Part shown: positions 1 to 9,313 of the stretch, piece after piece
Layout of the letters: each line of letters opens with the position of its first letter
Position numbering within the stretch: position 1 is the first letter of the stretch
Assembly (NCBI GenBank): GCA_016926555.1
Contig: JAFGOI010000013.1
Span: 110,802-170,802, forward strand
Reading direction: 5' to 3'
Length of the DNA: 60,001 nucleotides
Origin: Patescibacteria group bacterium
GTDB taxonomy: Bacteria; Patescibacteriota; WWE3; UBA101185; UBA10185
The notes under the pieces: model-generated
Databases searched by the model: none
Seen by the model: only the letters and a program-made list of their open reading frames with translations
Told to the model about the DNA's origin: nothing
Program-made: the position numbers and the translations under genes

Positions 1-2
1 TT

Positions 3-803
3 GGTGTCGTGAGAGTCTATTCAACTATTGGACAGCCCAACTGGCTTGCTCAATATTTAGTGATGGTACTGCCGATTCTTGTGTATGAGTATCTTGGCGG
101 AAAAAAAAGGATGAACCTGTGGCTGTTTACTTATTTAATGAGCTATTTGTGTTTGTGGTTCACGTATTCTCTGTCGGGTTTGATTGGTTTTGCAGTGTCA
201 TCTCTAGTTTTGGTTGTTCTTTTTTATAAAGATCTAGATAAGGAGAAAATTAATAGACTGGCAATGTTAGGTGTGATTACTGTGGCAGTTTCACTGCTGT
301 TTCCGGGGATTTTTAAAGATAAACTCATTGACATTAATCAGGATGTATCTAAGTTAAGGTTTAGTTTTGTTCCACATGTGTATGCGTTGGGAGATGGCAA
401 TAAGGTATCAGACCCGGGGTATATCCGGTTTGGATTATGGCGGGGTTCGCTGGATGTTATACGGTCGTCTTTTAAGGTTTTTAGCATAGGTTCAGGATTA
501 GGTACTTTTCCGTATGTGTTTCAGGATTACAGGCCACTGAGTTTGAATTACTCTTCAGAATGGGATTTTGTTTTTAATAAACCGCATAACTATTATTTGG
601 AACTCTGGATTGAAACCGGGATTGTAGGTTTGCTGGCATATTTAATTTTTCTATTTGGTTTGTTTAAAAGAGTTCCCAAACCGTTTATACCTGTGTTAAT
701 GGCTTTTGTTGTAACTAACTTTTTTGGCTGGCCGACTGTGGTAACAAACGTTTTGTTTTGGGTTCTGGTTGCGCCATTAGGATATGAAAGAGACAAAAAG
801 TAG
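3..803 (+). CDS. O-antigen ligase (Wzy_C/WaaL-like) family membrane protein, 5'-partial
   Basis: STIGQPNWLAQYL and KPHNYYLELWIETGIVGL motifs; multiple TM segments; frame is open from the window edge. Confidence 0.85.
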   Translation, partial: GVVRVYSTIGQPNWLAQYLVMVLPILVYEYLGGKKRMNLWLFTYLMSYLCLWFTYSLSGLIGFAVSSLVLVVLFYKDLDKEKINRLAMLGVITVAVSLLFPGIFKDKLIDINQDVSKLRFSFVPHVYALGDGNKVSDPGYIRFGLWRGSLDVIRSSFKVFSIGSGLGTFPYVFQDYRPLSLNYSSEWDFVFNKPHNYYLELWIETGIVGLLAYLIFLFGLFKRVPKPFIPVLMAFVVTNFFGWPTVVTNVLFWVLVAPLGYERDKK

Positions 804-1404
804 ATTAGTAAACAGTATTAAATATACCGGTTTTTTTGGAATAATTGTAGTTTTGTTTATCTATTTGCAGATGCTATTTAGGATTTATTATGCGGATGTG
901 TGTTTTGAGAATGCTGTCAGATCAATAGATAGGGGGGAATATGATATCGCGGTTGTGTATGTGAACCAAGCCATCAAAAGCAATTCGGAAGAGCCGAATT
1001 ATCTTAGATTGAAGGCCAAAGCACTTATTCTAATTTCTACGGACGCAACTGGGGATGAATCATATGAGTATAAAACTGTGGCGCTAGATTCTCTTAGAAA
1101 GGCGTATGAATTAAATCCCAATAATCTGGTTACGATAAGAAATTCTGTGCCGTTGTACTATTATCTGTCTGTTCATGACTACTCACTTCCTCCTAGTGTT
1201 GATAATTTAGATGATAGGTTTATCAGGTATGCCGCTGATTTCTTTGAGACTGTGAAAGAGAGATATTCTCATGATGTAGGTGTCATAACTCTTATAGCCA
1301 AATATGAAAATAGATTAGGTTTATATGAAGAGTACAATGACAGTGTTTCCTTGGTGGAGAAGCTTCGCCCGGACCTCCTGGACTGGCATACGAACTTTAA
1401 TTGA
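784..1404 (+). CDS. Membrane-anchored TPR-like protein, possibly the split C-terminus of the O-antigen ligase
   Basis: N-terminal TM helix then helical repeats (YDIAVVYVNQAIKSNSEEPNY, AYELNPNN); overlaps upstream gene by 20 nt. Confidence 0.6.
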   Translation: MKETKSRLVNSIKYTGFFGIIVVLFIYLQMLFRIYYADVCFENAVRSIDRGEYDIAVVYVNQAIKSNSEEPNYLRLKAKALILISTDATGDESYEYKTVALDSLRKAYELNPNNLVTIRNSVPLYYYLSVHDYSLPPSVDNLDDRFIRYAADFFETVKERYSHDVGVITLIAKYENRLGLYEEYNDSVSLVEKLRPDLLDWHTNFN

Positions 1405-2586
1405 TTATTCCGATATGTCGACATAAGTTTTGTATACCCACCCCTGTGTGTTTTCGTCTATTTTTATTTTGACCCACTCTTGTGCCTCTTCAATAAGTGC
1501 ATAAGTACTCCCTACGTTAACTGTAGTAACTTCAGCGCCCGAAAGGCTGGGTGTATCGCGAACTCTTAACCATCCTGTTGCGGTTGGTTTTATGGTTACG
1601 TTTTTCCCGGCGGAAATCTCGGCTCCCATTATGGTTTCTAAAGCTTGTTTTGCTTCCGGTGTAAGGCCTTCGCCATCGGCTTTTCTTCCAAGATAGGCTC
1701 CCTTTGCGGAACCAGAAGCTATACTTAGAACAGTCTCGTTGGATACGAGAACTCCTTCTTGATCATATATATTGCCTCTATAATCCAGGAAGTAGTCGAA
1801 AAGAAGTTCTTTACTCACACCTATTCCTTTCAAATCAATTCCTCTTGTCCTGTTCCAGTGGACTACCGCCTTAGCCCAGGTTTGAGTGTCTACTACGATT
1901 AGCGGATTGTCGGAGGACAGCTCGTAAAGGTTCGGGGAATCTTCAAACGAACTTACCTTCGCGGGAACTGGCGCCGGAAAAAGCTTAACTGTAATATTTA
2001 GTGTGTATCCTGACTTAACGTTGATTCTGGCTTCTTGTGATTCAAAACCCTCCTCTTCAATTCTTAGGTCATAGTCTCCTTCCGTTAAATTATTTGCCAA
2101 AAAGGGAGTTTTTCCGACCTCATTTCCATCTATATAAACCGAAGCTCCGGAGGGCTCCGAAACTATCCGAAGGATGTTGTTTGAACTGTCTTCCTCAAAC
2201 CAAAATTCGTTTCCCGCTGAAAAATAATCCGAAACTCCTAAATCTCTATTTATTCCCACATGGTGAAGATATGTGTTTGTGTTAGGCAGAAAGGTTAAAG
2301 ATGTTTGGTATGATCTGTTTTCGTGTTTAATTTCTATAGTGTTTTCTCCGGGGGTAATTTCTTGAGATCTGTACGGAGTGTTGCCCACCATTTCTCCATT
2401 GATGTAAACCTCTCCCGATCCATATCCAGACTCTATGTTAACACTAGATTTTCCTTTAAGATTGCCTAAATTACGGAGGATCTCGCCCCCGAAATAAACT
2501 ATAAGTCCAACACCTACTATTCCCAGCACGTACACAACTGGAGTCGGCAAGCCTTTTTTCTTGTTTTGAAGAGTAGAAATAGACAT
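1405..2586 (-). CDS. PEGA-domain protein with C-terminal bacterial SH3 domain
   Basis: N-terminal TM; two PEGA-like units (GEVYINGEMVGNTP, SEPSGASVYIDGNEVGKTP); SH3_3-like tail (WLRVRDTPSLSG...WVKI...GWV). Confidence 0.85.
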   Translation of the reverse strand: MSISTLQNKKKGLPTPVVYVLGIVGVGLIVYFGGEILRNLGNLKGKSSVNIESGYGSGEVYINGEMVGNTPYRSQEITPGENTIEIKHENRSYQTSLTFLPNTNTYLHHVGINRDLGVSDYFSAGNEFWFEEDSSNNILRIVSEPSGASVYIDGNEVGKTPFLANNLTEGDYDLRIEEEGFESQEARINVKSGYTLNITVKLFPAPVPAKVSSFEDSPNLYELSSDNPLIVVDTQTWAKAVVHWNRTRGIDLKGIGVSKELLFDYFLDYRGNIYDQEGVLVSNETVLSIASGSAKGAYLGRKADGEGLTPEAKQALETIMGAEISAGKNVTIKPTATGWLRVRDTPSLSGAEVTTVNVGSTYALIEEAQEWVKIKIDENTQGWVYKTYVDISE

Positions 2587-2680
2587 TTATATATTCGGAT
2601 TTGGGCAGTCCACCTGCTACTTAAATTATCATGTTAATGTTAAAATATCAATGCTAAATTGAAGTTTGCATACTTTTTTT

Positions 2681-2755
2681 GGCCCGGTAGCCAAGTGGTA
2701 AGGCGGAGGTCTGCAAAACCTCTATGCGCGGGTTCGATTCCCACCCGGGCCTCCA
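2681..2755 (+). tRNA. tRNA-Cys(GCA)
   Basis: Acceptor stem GGCCCGG/CCGGGCC; anticodon arm GAGGT-CTGCAAA-ACCTC; TTCGATT T-loop; encoded CCA; one C-A mismatch in the T stem. Confidence 0.96.
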
Positions 2756-2816
2756 TAAATTGGCCGTGATCCAAAGGACCGCGGGAAATTTATGGAATGC
2801 GGGAATCGAATACTTT

Positions 2817-4709
2817 ATGAAGACACAAGAACTAGTACAAAAATACATATCATTCTTTGAAGAAAAGGGACATAAACAACTCCCTAATGTATCTTTGGTA
2901 CCCGAAGGAGATTCGACACTTTTGTTTGTTAACTCGGGAATGTTTCCGCTGGTACCTTATTTAATGGGAGAAAAACACCCGCTTGGAACCCGTTTAGTAA
3001 ACATACAAAGGTCGGTAAGATTTGAAGATTTAGGAGAGATAGGAGACCCAAGACACACTATAGCGTTTCACATGATGGGAAATTGGAGTTTAGGAGATTA
3101 TTTCAAAAAAGAGCAGTTAAACTGGTTTTATGAATTCTTAATAGAAAGCTTAGGTCTGGATCCGCAAAAAATATATCCATCTGTTTTTACCGGAGATGAA
3201 GATGCCCCAAAAGATAGAGAATCAATAGAAATATTAAAAGAGATATTTTCCCGTTACGGGATTGAAGCAAAACTTGGTGAGAGGATATTTGAATATGGTA
3301 AGAAGTCAAACTGGTGGCAAAGAGGAGATGCTGTTGGAGAATTAGGTGGCCCGGACAGCGAAGCTTTTTATTATATCGGCGAAGAAGGAAAACCGGAATC
3401 AGATCCAGAAGGCGATGAGGGCAACTTTTTGGAAATTGGCAATTCGGTGTTTCTTCAATACAAAAAAACTGAGAATGGCTGGGAAGAACTCCCTCAGAAA
3501 AACGTAGACTTTGGTGGGGGCTTAGAAAGAATGGCGATGGTTCTACAAAACAAAAAAGATATTTTCGAGACGGACAATTTCTGGCCAATTATAGAAAAAA
3601 TACAGGAGATTTCAGGCAAAGACTATTATGAAAGCGAAGAAGTCAAAAAGAGCATGAGAATAATAGCGGACCATAGTAGAGCGTGTGTGTTTTTGGCAAT
3701 GGATGGGGTTTCACCCAGCAAGAAAGAGCGGGGTTATGTTTTAAGGAGGTTGCTAAGGAGAATTGTTAGACTTAGCCGGCTACTTGGTATCCAAGGGGAT
3801 ATTTCAGTAGAGCTTGTGGGTACTGTATGCGAAATGTTTAGATGGTTATATTCGGATCTTCCTAGTAAAAGGGGGGAGATAGAGGCTCTTTTCAAAGATG
3901 AGGAGAGAAGAGCTAAGAATTTATTGGCACGTGTGAGTAAAAAGGTTAGGCCATTTACGGAAAAACCAGAAAAGGAACAGATGGCAATAATATTCGAAAA
4001 TGGTAACGAATTAGTACAATCGGGATTTGTATCTGCTGAAATAATGTCAGCAGGTTGGGCAAAATTGGGATTTGATTTTCATCAGTCAGATGGCTATGCT
4101 TTAGAAGATTTTTTTGAAGATTTAGAGATTGCAAAAAAAACTAAAAGTTTAGATGTAGATATTCCTGAAGTGTGCCGAATAGCATATAAATTGGATGAAG
4201 AACATAAACAAAAATCTCGCGAGGGTGCTGAACAAAAATTCAAAGGAGGCCTTGCAGACCAAAGCGAACAAGTAGTCAAATACCACACAGCAACACATTT
4301 GTTGCAGGAAGCGTTACGAAGAGTGTTAGGAGACCACGTTAGACAAATAGGCAGCAACATTACAGGTGAGAGACTTAGATTTGATTTCGCTCATGACAAG
4401 AAATTAACCCAAGACGAATTAGAAAGAGTAACCGAACTTGTAAATTCAACAATTAAAAAGGGTCTGCCGGTTAAATTTGAAATACTCCCAAAAGAAGAAG
4501 CACAAAAAATAGGAGCATTGTATTTAGAAAATGAACAATACCCCGAAACCGTGAAGGTTTATTACACAGGCGAATCACTTGAGGATGCCTTTTCAAAAGA
4601 GTTTTGCGGCGGGCCGCATGTGGAGAATACGGCAGAGCTTGAGCCCCTTGAGCTGTATAAGCAGGAGAGGATTGGGGAGGGGAAGTTGAGGGTTTACGGG
4701 AGGTTTTAG
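2817..4709 (+). CDS. alaS: Alanine--tRNA ligase, short form (catalytic plus editing domains, no C-Ala domain)
   Basis: LLFVNSGM, FHMMGNWSLGDYFK, VDFGGGLER, IADHSRA, HTATHLL and EFCGGPHV motifs; start moved to ATG 2817 because the ORF-track start lies inside the tRNA. Confidence 0.95.
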   Translation: MKTQELVQKYISFFEEKGHKQLPNVSLVPEGDSTLLFVNSGMFPLVPYLMGEKHPLGTRLVNIQRSVRFEDLGEIGDPRHTIAFHMMGNWSLGDYFKKEQLNWFYEFLIESLGLDPQKIYPSVFTGDEDAPKDRESIEILKEIFSRYGIEAKLGERIFEYGKKSNWWQRGDAVGELGGPDSEAFYYIGEEGKPESDPEGDEGNFLEIGNSVFLQYKKTENGWEELPQKNVDFGGGLERMAMVLQNKKDIFETDNFWPIIEKIQEISGKDYYESEEVKKSMRIIADHSRACVFLAMDGVSPSKKERGYVLRRLLRRIVRLSRLLGIQGDISVELVGTVCEMFRWLYSDLPSKRGEIEALFKDEERRAKNLLARVSKKVRPFTEKPEKEQMAIIFENGNELVQSGFVSAEIMSAGWAKLGFDFHQSDGYALEDFFEDLEIAKKTKSLDVDIPEVCRIAYKLDEEHKQKSREGAEQKFKGGLADQSEQVVKYHTATHLLQEALRRVLGDHVRQIGSNITGERLRFDFAHDKKLTQDELERVTELVNSTIKKGLPVKFEILPKEEAQKIGALYLENEQYPETVKVYYTGESLEDAFSKEFCGGPHVENTAELEPLELYKQERIGEGKLRVYGRF

Positions 4710-4809
4710 GTTGGTTTGAGTTTGTATCCGAGTATACCCTAATGAAATAGGAGTATATGTTCGTGGATATAGTATAATCGACGCGAGAATTCCTTAAGGA
4801 AGTACTAAA

Positions 4810-5730
4810 ATGAGCGATAACCTGTGGGATATTACAGATAAACCTCATACGAAAACGAAGCTTGAGATATTGCACAAAGTTTTTGACGTTTGGCTAACCA
4901 TATGGAACGCCCCTAAGCAAAACTGGGTTTCAAAAGAGTGGTATGTGATAGATCTTTTTGCCGGCAGAGGTTTGTACACACGCAATAGGGAGCTTGTCAG
5001 TGGATCTCCGCTTATTTTTTTGGAGGAGATTTTGAAAAAAGCGGATAAGTTGATTGAAAACACTATTAAACTGAAGCTATTTTATGTTGAGTGTGATAAC
5101 CAAAATTACGAAGGATTAGTAGATAATGTAAACATGTACATTGAGAAGCATCCTAAATTGAGGGATGTAGCCACGATCCTTTTTTACAAAGATGACTGTA
5201 ACAAGATAATCGATAAAATTATTCCTGAGATGAAAAACAATACAAAAAATCCGATGTTTGTTTTTATAGATCCCTATGGATTGCACATTAATAAGCTAAC
5301 AATTGAGAAACTTGCCAATATGAAAAATCCCAAAGATATAATACTTAACTATATGCTAGAGGGTGTTAGGAGAGTTTGGGGGGTAGCTAGCAAAAAGGTT
5401 CGTAAAAAGAAGCTTTCTGTCACAGAGATGAGCACTATAAAAAAGTTTGAAGATTATTTCGGGTCTGAAGTGGAAGATATACCACCGGGGGATTTGGATA
5501 TGTTGAAGTATTACTGTAGAACGTTAACAGAAGAAGGTCTTAGGGTTGTACGATACGAAATGCGCCACCCGATAATTAACGATTCATTGTATTACTTGCT
5601 GTTTGCAGCCAAGAACGCCAATATTACAGGTATAGTTAGAAAGATATACTTAAGGGAGAGGAAAAATGATTCGGGACAAAGTCCTTTACCTGGGTTCGAT
5701 CCAATAGTTACACTTATTCCCAATGGGTAG
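4810..5730 (+). CDS. tcmP: Three-Cys-motif partner protein (TcmP; Rossmann methyltransferase-like)
   Basis: PHTKTKLEIL, YVIDLFAGRG, SGSP and FVFIDPYG motifs; adjacent radical SAM gene. Confidence 0.8.
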   Translation: MSDNLWDITDKPHTKTKLEILHKVFDVWLTIWNAPKQNWVSKEWYVIDLFAGRGLYTRNRELVSGSPLIFLEEILKKADKLIENTIKLKLFYVECDNQNYEGLVDNVNMYIEKHPKLRDVATILFYKDDCNKIIDKIIPEMKNNTKNPMFVFIDPYGLHINKLTIEKLANMKNPKDIILNYMLEGVRRVWGVASKKVRKKKLSVTEMSTIKKFEDYFGSEVEDIPPGDLDMLKYYCRTLTEEGLRVVRYEMRHPIINDSLYYLLFAAKNANITGIVRKIYLRERKNDSGQSPLPGFDPIVTLIPNG

Positions 5731-5775
5731 GGTTATATTTTCGGGTATTGTTTGGTATAGTATATATACAGAATC

Positions 5776-6654
5776 ATGACGACGTTTAGTCAAAAAAGAT
5801 TCTTTATGAATAAAAATATTGGTTCGATAAAAAGAAAAACACTCCTATACAAATCAAAGGTAGATTACGGAGGTTGGACTATAAATCACATTGTTGGATG
5901 TACACACGGCTGCCGATTTCCCTGTTATGCGTTTATGATGGCTAAAAGGTTTGGGTGGGTTAAAGATTACAATGACTGGAGAACTCCCAAACTAGTTTCT
6001 AATGCCCTTGAGTTATTAGAGAAAGAATTGGAAAATCTCAAAGAGGAGGTATCCGTCGTTCACTTGTGTTTCATGACTGATCCCTTTATGTACGATGATA
6101 CGAAAAACATCTTGATACCGGAGGTAAAGGAAATGACATTGAAAATTATTAAGAAGCTGAATGACGAGGGAATTCGTGTGACGACACTTACGAAGGGATT
6201 ATATCCGGAAGAAATATTAGAGTCTCCTTATTCTATCGATAATGAGTATGGGATTACGTTAGTATCTTTGAATAATGCGTTTAAGGAACGATTTGAGCCA
6301 TTTTCATCTTCCTATGATGAGAGGTTACTTTCACTGAAAAGACTTTCCGACGTAGGTAGAAAAACATGGATTAGTATGGAGCCTTATCCAACACCTAATA
6401 TTGATGCAACGGCGGAAAATATTGAGTACCTGCTCGATAAAATATCTTTTGTAGATAAGATTATTTTTGGAAAGCTTAATTACAATGTCGGTTCCTCAAA
6501 ATATTCAGGTAATGATGTTTTTTATAGAACTGTTGCTGGAAAGATAGTTGACTTTTGTGATGCTCGTGATATTCAGTATCATATAAAAACGGGAACCCCA
6601 TTGAGTGAAAAAAGCACCGTAAAAATTCTCCAACATGTTGGTGTGAATAAGTAA
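5776..6654 (+). CDS. Radical SAM protein, SplB/DUF5131-like
   Basis: INHIVGCTHGCRFPCYA three-Cys motif (CxxxCxxxC); FMTDPF, TLTKG and WISMEP motifs. Confidence 0.85.
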   Translation: MTTFSQKRFFMNKNIGSIKRKTLLYKSKVDYGGWTINHIVGCTHGCRFPCYAFMMAKRFGWVKDYNDWRTPKLVSNALELLEKELENLKEEVSVVHLCFMTDPFMYDDTKNILIPEVKEMTLKIIKKLNDEGIRVTTLTKGLYPEEILESPYSIDNEYGITLVSLNNAFKERFEPFSSSYDERLLSLKRLSDVGRKTWISMEPYPTPNIDATAENIEYLLDKISFVDKIIFGKLNYNVGSSKYSGNDVFYRTVAGKIVDFCDARDIQYHIKTGTPLSEKSTVKILQHVGVNK

Positions 6655-7162
6655 GAAAACAGTGTTGATAACAGTAATCTCATCTTCTTTCTCAAAGGAG
6701 TTTTCGATGTGCGGTTGGAGAGTTGGTTATTCTTATCTGCCGGATGAGCTTTATAACGATATGTTTCATCTCCAGCGCTCATTTAATAGCGTGGCAGCCG
6801 CTATTTCGCAAAAAGCAGCAGAGATTAGTCTTAAAAACCCTGTTGTGAAAGAGAAAGTAAAGGAAGAGATAGAAAGAATTAGAAAAACCAGAGATTATGT
6901 AGTGGATAAAGTTAGAAATATGGGGAGCGGGTTATCGTGTTTTATGCCGGAAGCGTGCCCATACTTGTATGTAAAGTATCAAAGGGACATCTCAAGTTAC
7001 GATTTGTGCGAGGATATTATTTTAAAATGTAGCGTTGTGGTATCTCCCGGAAGAGGTAATGGGAGTATTGGTGAGGGACATTTTTGTATCACTTACGCAG
7101 ATTCTATAGATGTTGTAAAAGAGGGTATGAAACGACTCGAGGAATATTTCAAGACTAATTAG
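6647..7162 (+). pseudogene. C-terminal fragment of a class I/II PLP aminotransferase
   Basis: Begins at the SFSK PLP-lysine motif (SFSKEFSMCGWRVGY); N-terminal half missing; conserved Arg of RISYA appears as CITYA. Confidence 0.8.
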
Positions 7163-7258
7163 GTTTATAGATTTTTATTCTTGTGTAGATTGAACATGAA
7201 AGTATCTTATGCGATGTAAAACCCAAACAAAACACGAAAAATATAGTAAAATAAACTC

Positions 7259-8227
7259 ATGAACCTCAAAAAGATCAAAACCATACAAATCACACCCGCA
7301 ACACCATTTGATTTCGATTCCACATTCCATAAACCCGATCATTTCACATCAGGTGACAATGAATGGGAACCTGGTATTCGCTGGCAGACATGGAATTGGG
7401 AGGGCATAAATTTAGGTCTAAAGTTCATAAACAAGGGTGAAGTTAACTCACCCAAAATAGACGTAGAAGTGTATTCCAAAGAGGATTTAGATGCCCGTTT
7501 TATTAAATCTCTTACAGAAGAAATTAAATACAGATACAACTTGGAGCTTGATCTAAAAGACTTCTACAAAACATTCAAAACCGACAAAGTGCTCAGTCCT
7601 ATTATTAAAAAGTGGAAGGGCATGAGGCCGGGCCACCCCAGTTCGCTTTATGAATATCTGATCATCGGAATAGTTCTCCAAAACGCTACAGTCAAAAGAT
7701 CTGTTCAGATGTTTACGGCTCTTCTTGAAAATTACGGAACACTGCTTAAATTTAACGGGAAAAAACTCTGGTGCTTTTGGGAACCCGGTGGTCTTAAAAA
7801 TGTAACCGAAGAAGATTTGCGCGCTTTAAAGGTTGGATATAGAGCAAAATCAATAAAAAGAATAGATGACCAATTCGTAAACGGAATACTCAGCGAAGCT
7901 GAACTTAGGAAAAAAGACAGGGAAACCCAGATGAAAGAACTATTGAGTCTTTATGGTGTTGGTCCCGCTACAGTTTGGTATCTGCTTTTTGATGTCTTTC
8001 ATCATTGGGACTTTTTTAATCACGTTTCGCCTTGGGAGCAGAAGATTTATTCAAAGTTATTTTTTGATCAGGATCCGGAAAACCCTGTGCCTGTCGAAAA
8101 ACTCCTGAAGCATTTTGAAAAGTATGGTAAGTACAAGCAGTTGGCTGTTCACTACATTTGGGAGGATTTGTGGTGGAAGAGAAAAAATGAGCATATTCCC
8201 TGGCTTGAGAAGTTGATTAGGATTTAG
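7259..8227 (+). CDS. HhH-GPD superfamily DNA glycosylase-like protein (AlkA/OGG-like)
   Basis: YEYLIIGIVLQN, LKVGYRAK and LLSLYGVGPAT (HhH) motifs. Confidence 0.8.
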   Translation: MNLKKIKTIQITPATPFDFDSTFHKPDHFTSGDNEWEPGIRWQTWNWEGINLGLKFINKGEVNSPKIDVEVYSKEDLDARFIKSLTEEIKYRYNLELDLKDFYKTFKTDKVLSPIIKKWKGMRPGHPSSLYEYLIIGIVLQNATVKRSVQMFTALLENYGTLLKFNGKKLWCFWEPGGLKNVTEEDLRALKVGYRAKSIKRIDDQFVNGILSEAELRKKDRETQMKELLSLYGVGPATVWYLLFDVFHHWDFFNHVSPWEQKIYSKLFFDQDPENPVPVEKLLKHFEKYGKYKQLAVHYIWEDLWWKRKNEHIPWLEKLIRI

Positions 8228-8309
8228 ATCGATTAGCTATACTATTGATTTGCTATTGATTTGCCTAACTCCCTACTCATTCCCAATAACCTTCTGCTAA
8301 AATATTGAT

Positions 8310-9290
8310 ATGCCCAATGAGGAAAATCCTATCAGAGATATGCCACGGACTTCTCCTGAAGAACCAGTAAGGACAATACGTCCCGAAAGGGGCAGAATAG
8401 CGGAGGCGGCGCTTAATCTGGTGGAAAGACCAAACGAAGGTGCATTAGTACTAGAACAGACCTTAGGACTATCCTTCGGAGACGAAAAACCCCGTGAAGT
8501 AGTGGTTAATAAAAGGGGAGCGGTTTTATTAGCCCTTACCCAATCCCAAAGGCACTTACTTGGCCCAAATCTGTTGCGCACCATGACAGGCGGGGCGGGA
8601 GCCTATGTACCCGAACTAGATCTTGTAATAATAAATGAAGCCGTAAGTGGATCAATCTCAGCGTCTTTACACGAGAATGCTCATGCTTGGACATCGAGAC
8701 AAGAAGGAAAATTAAATGAGGCCCTTTCGGAGCATCGCCGTCTTAAACACCTTCTGCAAATGGATGAAGATACAGAAGAGCTTTCCGTAAATACAGGTGC
8801 TGCGTATATGTGTGTACAGGAGGGTATGGCCGACTGGATAAGAATAAATGCTCGTAGGCGGATAGATACCGGGCCAGAGGAGGAAAACAGGGAACACAGA
8901 AAATATGCTAAATGGGACATGCTAAAACTGTTGACTTCTAATCCCGATAAACAGCCGGAGTGGAGTTGGGAAATACCGGAGGGTCGTGTGGAGCAAAATG
9001 CACGAGAATCATACGAGGTTATTAAGCGGGGATTAGAAGAAGCGCAAGAAATGGCGCAAAGAGGGTCTGTGCAAGCACTTCAGGGATTTCTGGGCTATAT
9101 TCAAAGATGTCAGCCGTTTCTATACCCTTTAGGATATACGTATGTACATATGTATATGGAAAAAGCTGCGGAGCAAGGTATTAATATTGAAGAAGCTTTA
9201 AAAGCAATAATTCAGAATCCTCCGGAAACGCTGGAAGAAATCATAGAATATATTGATCCTAAAAGTAAGGAGGACACACGAGCCGATTAG
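8310..9290 (+). CDS. Hypothetical protein with zincin-like HExxH motif
   Basis: LHENAHAW followed by QEGMADW. Confidence 0.5.
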   Translation: MPNEENPIRDMPRTSPEEPVRTIRPERGRIAEAALNLVERPNEGALVLEQTLGLSFGDEKPREVVVNKRGAVLLALTQSQRHLLGPNLLRTMTGGAGAYVPELDLVIINEAVSGSISASLHENAHAWTSRQEGKLNEALSEHRRLKHLLQMDEDTEELSVNTGAAYMCVQEGMADWIRINARRRIDTGPEEENREHRKYAKWDMLKLLTSNPDKQPEWSWEIPEGRVEQNARESYEVIKRGLEEAQEMAQRGSVQALQGFLGYIQRCQPFLYPLGYTYVHMYMEKAAEQGINIEEALKAIIQNPPETLEEIIEYIDPKSKEDTRAD

Positions 9291-9313
9291 GTTAATAGAT
9301 TATCCTTCATAGG

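Noticed and set aside
2724-2816. N-terminal extension of alaS
   Set aside because: It overlaps the tRNA-Cys gene; AlaRS similarity starts at ATG 2817
8242-8263. Tandem CTATTGATTTG x2
   Set aside because: Only two copies; probably a simple slippage duplication
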